DNA from: an uncultured Chloroflexia bacterium
GTDB taxonomy: Bacteria > Chloroflexota > Limnocylindria > QHBO01
Reading direction: 5' to 3'
DNA length: 64,000 nt
Assembly (NCBI GenBank): GCA_963839635.1
Contig: CAWIVT010000007.1
Span: forward strand, 31,506-95,505
Of this stretch, positions 59,304 to 64,000 are shown one piece after another; within the stretch, counting starts at the first letter, position 1; each line of letters begins with the position of its first letter. Both the position numbers and the translations under genes were made by a program. The notes beneath the pieces were generated by a model. That model did no database searches, was not told the DNA's origin, and saw only the letters and a program-made list of their open reading frames with translations.

Positions 59304-60807
59304 ATGGTCGACGCACAACACGGTGCGCCGTCCGGTCCGCGGCGCCCGCGGCCCTGGTTGGCGGCACTGCTCTCCTTCGTGTTCCCCGGGCTCGGGCAGG
59401 CCTATGCCGGCCAGCACCGGGTCGCCGTGCTGCTCGCCGTCCCGGTCCTGCTGCTGATCGCGGGAATCACGGCGGCCGTCAACGGGGTCGGAGACCTCCG
59501 GAACGGGCTGCTCTCGAGCACGTTCCTGGTTGCCGTGGTCGCCACGAACGTGGCGCTCTTCGGGTGGCGCACCTTCGCCATCGCGCATGCGGGCCTCGCG
59601 CCACCGAGCATCGAGCCCCGCGAGCGCCGCATCAGCATGACGACCGTGGCGATCCTGGTGGTCGCGGCCATCGGCATGCACGCGTGGGTCGGCATCGTCG
59701 TCGGCCAGCTCGATGACACGCTGCGCCAGGTCTTCGGTCGCACGACGGTGGACAGCGCGCCTGAGCCGATCCCGCCCGCCAAGGGTGGCGCGCCAGAGGA
59801 GTCCCGAGGAGCCGGTCAGCGCCCCGCAGTATCGATGGGACGGGACCGAGCGCATCAACATCCTCCTGCTCGGCACCGATGCCCATCCGAGCCGGGAGGC
59901 GGTCCTCACCGACGTCGTGCTGGTCGTGAGCATCGATCCGGTCGCCGGTACGGCCGCCATGATCTCGGTGCCGCGCGATACCGGGTTCCTTCCGATGCCC
60001 GACGAGTCGCTCTTCACGGGCGGTGTCTTCCCCGACAAGGTGAACGAGCTCCCCCTCCATGCCAGCCTCGACCCGGCGACGTGGTGCCCCGACCTCGCGG
60101 ACGATCCCACCGGCTGCGGGATGCGCACGATCGAGCGCTCGGTCGGGCTCTACCTGGGCCTGCAGATCCACCACTACGCGATGGTCGACATGGCCGGCTT
60201 CGCGGAGCTCATCGACGCCCTCGGTGGCGTCCGTCTCTGCCTCCCCGGCGAGCTGCACGACCCGGAGTTCGACGGAACCCTCAGCAATGCCGGGCGCGAC
60301 GAGCCGCTGGTGCTCCCGGCGGGCTGCCACGAATATGACGGGCTCGACGCGCTGGCCTACGCCAGGAGCCGAAAGGGCTGGATCGAGATGCCCGACGGCA
60401 CGCGGGTGGACCAGAGCGACTTCAGCCGCAACGAGCGGCAGCAGAAGCTGCTCCTGGCCCTCCGCAACGAGCTCGCCGAGGCCGACCTCTTCTTCGAGCT
60501 CCCCGCGGTCCTGCGCGCCATCGGTCGCTCCGTGAGCACCGACGTGCCGCGGGACCAGGCGGGCGACCTGGCGAGCCTCCTCCCGCTCATCACCGGTCCC
60601 GATATCGAGCGTGTCGTGCTCGGCTATCCGGACTTCGTCGATGCCCCAGCCCAGCCGGACCTGAACTACCTCCTCGTGCCGCGGCGCGACGCGATCCGCG
60701 AGGAGATGGCGCGCCTCATCGGCGCCGATGCGCTGGTGGGGTGGTACCTGGGCTCGACGGCCAGCAGCCCGAACGCGGCCGACGCTTCGGACACCCAGGA
60801 CCCGTAG
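59304..60807 (+). pseudogene. LCP (LytR-CpsA-Psr) family ligase with polytopic N-terminal membrane domain, paralogue 3, one frameshift as assembled
   Basis: The N-terminus LLSFVFPGLGQAYAGQH plus helices reads in the frame of track ORF 59304-60338. The LCP core INILLLGTDAHPSREAVLTDVVLVVSIDP...MISVPRDT...LDALAYARSRKG...SDFSRNERQQ reads in the frame of track ORF 59713-60807. The switch is near 59760-59810. Confidence 0.75.
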
Positions 60808-60809
60808 CG

Positions 60810-61763
60810 TCAGTCGAGCTGGCCGAGCCCGAAGGCGAGGAGGGCCAGCGCGGCCGAGAAGGCTGTCAGCGTCAGCATCGCATCTCGGTGGGTGACCCCC
60901 TGCCGCAGGAGCCAATGGTGGATGTGGCCCCGATCGGCAACGAAGAATGCCTCGCCTCGAGCGGTGCGCCGGACGACGGCCCAGGCCGTGTCGATCAGCG
61001 GTACGCCCAGCGCGAGGATCGGTACCCATGGGGCCATCGGCCGCACCCCGTCCTGGGTGAGCGAGATGCCGACCGCGGCAATGACGAAGCCCAGGAACAT
61101 CGAGCCGGTGTCACCCATGATGATCGACGCCGGGTAGAGGTTGTAGGCGAGGAATCCCACGGCGGCGCCGATGGTGGCCGCGATGATCGGCAGGGTCGGG
61201 TCGACGCCGTCGACCGCCGCCAGCAGGCCGAAGGCGCCAAGTACCGTGAGCGCGACGCCCGAGGCAAGGCCGTCGAGGCCGTCGATCAGGTTGACCGCGT
61301 TGATGACACCGACGATCCAGGCGACGGTGATCGGCAGGGAGAGCGGCCCGAGGTCGACGATGGCCCAGGGCAGGAAGATGCGGTCGACGCTCAGGCCGAA
61401 CCACCAGGCGACGACCGCAGCACCGACCTGGAACCCGAGCTTCACCATCGGGCGCATGCCGCGCACGTCGTCGACGACTCCGACCACGAGGAGCATGGCG
61501 ACACCGGCCAGGATCGCCGGAGCGCGGTTGGGCCGCAGTCCCTCCGTCTCCCCCAGGTCCGGCGAAGCGAGCGTGGCGAGCCCGATGGCGACCCCGAAGG
61601 CGATGGCCATCGCCACGCCGCCGAGCCGCGGAATCGGGACCTGGTGGACCTTGCGGCCGCCGGGCTGGTCCAGCAGCCCGTAACGGTGGGCAGCGGTCCG
61701 CACCAGCGGAGTGACGATCAGCCCGACGACGAGGGCGACGGCGAAAGTGAGGGCGGTCAGCAT
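60810..61763 (-). CDS. polyprenyl-phosphate N-acetylhexosamine-1-phosphate transferase (MraY/WecA/TagO family)
   Basis: 317 aa, about 10 TM helices, with motifs VVDDVRG, NAVNLIDGLDGLA and GDTGSMFLGF. Confidence 0.85.
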   Translation of the reverse strand: MLTALTFAVALVVGLIVTPLVRTAAHRYGLLDQPGGRKVHQVPIPRLGGVAMAIAFGVAIGLATLASPDLGETEGLRPNRAPAILAGVAMLLVVGVVDDVRGMRPMVKLGFQVGAAVVAWWFGLSVDRIFLPWAIVDLGPLSLPITVAWIVGVINAVNLIDGLDGLASGVALTVLGAFGLLAAVDGVDPTLPIIAATIGAAVGFLAYNLYPASIIMGDTGSMFLGFVIAAVGISLTQDGVRPMAPWVPILALGVPLIDTAWAVVRRTARGEAFFVADRGHIHHWLLRQGVTHRDAMLTLTAFSAALALLAFGLGQLD

Positions 61764-61784
61764 CGGGTGCCGCGAATGGTAGCG

Positions 61785-61861
61785 TGGTCGGGGCGGCCGG
61801 ATTCGAACCGGCGGCCTCCTGCTCCCAAAGCAGGCGATCTGCCAGACTGATCTACGCCCCG
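61785..61861 (-). tRNA. tRNA-Pro (anticodon TGG)
   Basis: Reverse complement folds as a cloverleaf: CGGGGCG TA GATC AGTCTGGCA GATC G CCTGC TTTGGGA GCAGG AGGCC GCCGG TTCGAAT CCGGC CGCCCCG A CCA (77 nt, encoded CCA). Confidence 0.9.
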
Positions 61862-61930
61862 ACGCCCGGTCGCTTGACGGATCCTACCCTGTCAGTGGAG
61901 CCCGCGGTTTCCCAGCCGGCTCGCCGGCGA

Positions 61931-64000
61931 TCAGGGCCAGATCGCGCGGATCGCGGTGCGCACGCCGTCGCTGATGGCGCCCGGCCCTCCGACGAAGACG
62001 ACGTTCGTCGGATCGAGCCGTCGAAGCTCGTCCGCCACCACGCCAGGCACCGCGTTCGGGCGGACCAGGAGGAGCGGGGCGAGCTGCGTTCCGGCGACCG
62101 GGCCGGCCGAGAGGCCGTCGGGGTAGGCGGTCCCCGTCGCCAGGTACACCGTCGAGACGGAGTTGGCGGCGTGGACGCCCCGGCTCAGGGCCACCGCCGT
62201 CGCGTACCGATCGGTCCCGGCGACGCGGTCGATCCGCGGTGCGTACGCGCGCAGCTGGGCGAGGACCGCATCGCTGACGGCGCCGGTCCCGCCCATCACC
62301 ACGATCTGGGCGGGGTGCAGACGGGCCAGCTCCTGGGCGGTCGCGGCGGGCAGCTGGTTCGACGAGACGAGGAGGATCGGCGCGCGCTGCCGAGCAGCCT
62401 CGGCCCCGGCGGCAAGGGCGTCGGGATAGTTGGCGCCGGTCGCAACGAAGACGGTTCCGGCACCGGACGGGAAGGTCGCGGCGCTGATGGCGGCCGCGGT
62501 GGCATAGCGATCGGCGCCCGCGATCCGCGTCACCGAGCCCGTGGTGTAGCCGCGAAGGACCTCGAGCACGCCGGCGGAGACGGCGCCGGTTCCGCCGAGC
62601 ACGACGATCCGCCCGGGACGCAGTCGGGTCAGCTCGGCGGCGGTCGCGGCGGGCACGGCGCCTCCTTCGACCAGGAGCAGCGGTCCTCCGCCGATGCGGG
62701 CGGCGGGCGCGCCGGACAACGCGTCGGGGAATGCCGCGCCCGTCGCGACGTGCACGACCGGAACGCCGGAGGCGAAGGCCGATGCGCTCAGCGCGGCAGC
62801 GGTCGCGTAACGGTCGGCGCCGGAGAGGCGGGGCGCCGTCTTGCCCGTCGTGAACTGCCAGAACATCGGCGCCACCGCGCTTCCCGACTGGTCGACGATG
62901 CCGTTCGTCACCGTGACCCGGTACGCCGTCTCGCCGATCAGCGGCGCATTGGGCCGCAGCGTGGCCCGGTTGCTGACCGGATCGTACGAGACGCTGGCGG
63001 GAACGAGCGAGGACCCGCGATGGAGCTGGAAGGTGCTGCCGCTCACGCCGCTCACCGGCTCGCTGAAAGTGACGACGATCGGGCTGTCATACGGGGCACG
63101 CGCCGCACTCGGCGCCGGCGCGAGGTTGACCGCGGTCGGCACGACGTTGTCGATGAAGGAGGTCACGATGGTGTAGGCGTTTCGGTTGCCGTTCGGCGTG
63201 TAGTTGTGGACGCGCAGCAGCAGCCGTGTGGCGCCGCTCACCGGGATCGATGCGCGGTCCGTGACGGCGGGGTTGGCGTCGTCGGCAGTCAGGATGTGGG
63301 CGCCGCCGGCCTGGTAGACGTTGATGACCGTATCGACCGCGAGCGAGCTCTTGTTCCACGGCCAGGCACGGTTGTCGAGGACAGGGGCAACGCTGATGTC
63401 CAGCCGGCCGGCGCGCGGGACGTCGACCGCGAAGACGTCGACGTCGCCGGCGGGATAGATGTTCGGCCGAACGGTGGTGCCGACGGAGATCGGCCTGGCG
63501 GTGGCCAGCGTGTTGTTGCCCTCGAGCGCGTCCTGCCCGCTGAAGGCGATCGTCGGCGGCGAGCCGCCCACGGCCCGATACGCGTTCACGCGGCCGAGAC
63601 CGTATCGATTGTCCCAGCCGGGGTAGCCGAGATCGTCGACGGTCGACTTCAGCTGGTTGACGACCTCGGCGTTCGTCATGGTCGGATAGCGACCGACGAT
63701 GAGGGCCACCACGCCCGATACGTTCGGGGCGGCGAAGCTCGTGCCGCTGATGTAGGTGTACCGATGGTCGCCGGTCAGGTCCTGCTCGATCGGCTTGCAG
63801 ACGGGACAGTTCGTGGTGAGGATCGACGAGCCCGGAGCGCTGACGTCGACGGTCGCGCCGTAGTTCGACCAGTGGCTGAACTCGTCGTCGACCTGCGTGG
63901 CGCTGACCGACACGACCTCCGGGTAGCTTGCCGGATAGAACGGGCCGTCGACCGCGTTGTTGCCGGCGGCGCCGACGAGAATGACTCCCCGGTTCCAGGC
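61931..64000 (-). CDS. S8 (subtilisin-family) serine peptidase with PPC, SbsA-Ig-like and three CWB2 cell-wall-binding repeats; 5' end outside the window
   Basis: The frame stays open to the window edge (AWNRGVILVGAAGNN...). Catalytic Ser motif SGTSFAAPNVSG. PPC-like GDVDVFAVDVPRAGRLDISV. Ig-like SPIVVTFSEPVSGVSGSTFQL...YRVTVTNGIVD. These are followed by 3 CWB2 repeats. Confidence 0.85.
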   Translation of the reverse strand, partial: AWNRGVILVGAAGNNAVDGPFYPASYPEVVSVSATQVDDEFSHWSNYGATVDVSAPGSSILTTNCPVCKPIEQDLTGDHRYTYISGTSFAAPNVSGVVALIVGRYPTMTNAEVVNQLKSTVDDLGYPGWDNRYGLGRVNAYRAVGGSPPTIAFSGQDALEGNNTLATARPISVGTTVRPNIYPAGDVDVFAVDVPRAGRLDISVAPVLDNRAWPWNKSSLAVDTVINVYQAGGAHILTADDANPAVTDRASIPVSGATRLLLRVHNYTPNGNRNAYTIVTSFIDNVVPTAVNLAPAPSAARAPYDSPIVVTFSEPVSGVSGSTFQLHRGSSLVPASVSYDPVSNRATLRPNAPLIGETAYRVTVTNGIVDQSGSAVAPMFWQFTTGKTAPRLSGADRYATAAALSASAFASGVPVVHVATGAAFPDALSGAPAARIGGGPLLLVEGGAVPAATAAELTRLRPGRIVVLGGTGAVSAGVLEVLRGYTTGSVTRIAGADRYATAAAISAATFPSGAGTVFVATGANYPDALAAGAEAARQRAPILLVSSNQLPAATAQELARLHPAQIVVMGGTGAVSDAVLAQLRAYAPRIDRVAGTDRYATAVALSRGVHAANSVSTVYLATGTAYPDGLSAGPVAGTQLAPLLLVRPNAVPGVVADELRRLDPTNVVFVGGPGAISDGVRTAIRAIWP
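61934..62830 (-). repeat. three tandem ~96-codon CWB2 (cell wall binding repeat 2) units within the protease gene
   Basis: Repeated pattern G(A/T)DRYATA(A/V)A(L/I)S...V(F/Y)(V/L)ATG..(F/Y)PD(A/G)L(S/A)(A/G)(G/A)P.A.....P(L/I)LLV....(V/L)P..(T/V)A.EL.RL.P..(I/V)V(V/F)(L/M/V)GG(T/P)GA(V/I)S at protein positions about 362-456, 462-558 and 561-656. Confidence 0.75.

Overview
This high-GC 64-kb window is two unrelated pieces joined at about 4.99 kb.

**Left piece (about 5 kb).** GC is visibly lower and the proteins look Rhizobiales-like. It holds the 5' part of a cfa-like methyltransferase and an 847-bp IS5/IS427-group insertion sequence with 19-bp imperfect IRs and an A5G6 -1 frameshift site. It also holds an MFS transporter, a YeeE/YedE sulfur-transport protein and a 3'-truncated Orn/Lys/DAP-type PLP decarboxylase. 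The decarboxylase ORF runs in frame straight into the last ~60 codons of an LLM-class oxidoreductase.

**Right piece (about 59 kb).** Third codon positions become almost all G/C, and the genes are typical of a monoderm (Actinomycetota/Chloroflexota-like) organism.

- 5-11 kb: a class III nucleotide cyclase, a MocR regulator and a small degraded integrative islet at tRNA-Pro(CGG). The islet carries an LPNTA-sorted surface protein, an ECF sigma/membrane partner pair and a recombinase remnant.
- 12.8-51.2 kb: after serA, a very large mosaic cell-envelope glycan locus. It encodes a WbaP-type priming transferase, about 14 glycosyltransferases, three MOP flippases, a Wzy/ligase-like protein and a Wzm/Wzt ABC exporter. 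Sugar-precursor genes include rmlABCD, gmd/rmd, a perosamine-synthase-like aminotransferase with a GNAT, and a UDP-sugar dehydrogenase. ppa is embedded in the locus, and LCP ligases and DUF3048 proteins are interspersed.
- 51.2-64 kb: glnA, a PucR-type regulator, resB, a Cys/Met PLP enzyme, a third DUF3048 gene and a membrane GGDEF cyclase. These are followed by a third LCP gene, a TagO/WecA-type transferase, tRNA-Pro(TGG) and a 5'-partial S8 protease with three CWB2 wall-binding repeats.

**Assembly quality.** At least 11 genes have reading frames broken by clustered single-base indels while conserved residues continue in another frame. I read this as assembly error rather than true decay.

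**Not found.** No rRNA, CRISPR array or recognisable defence, toxin or secretion system. The most novel-looking item is a duplicated two-gene module in which a GT4 enzyme carries an uncharacterised ~175-aa C-terminal domain.

**Limits.** All family calls rest on motif recognition by eye; no database search was run.
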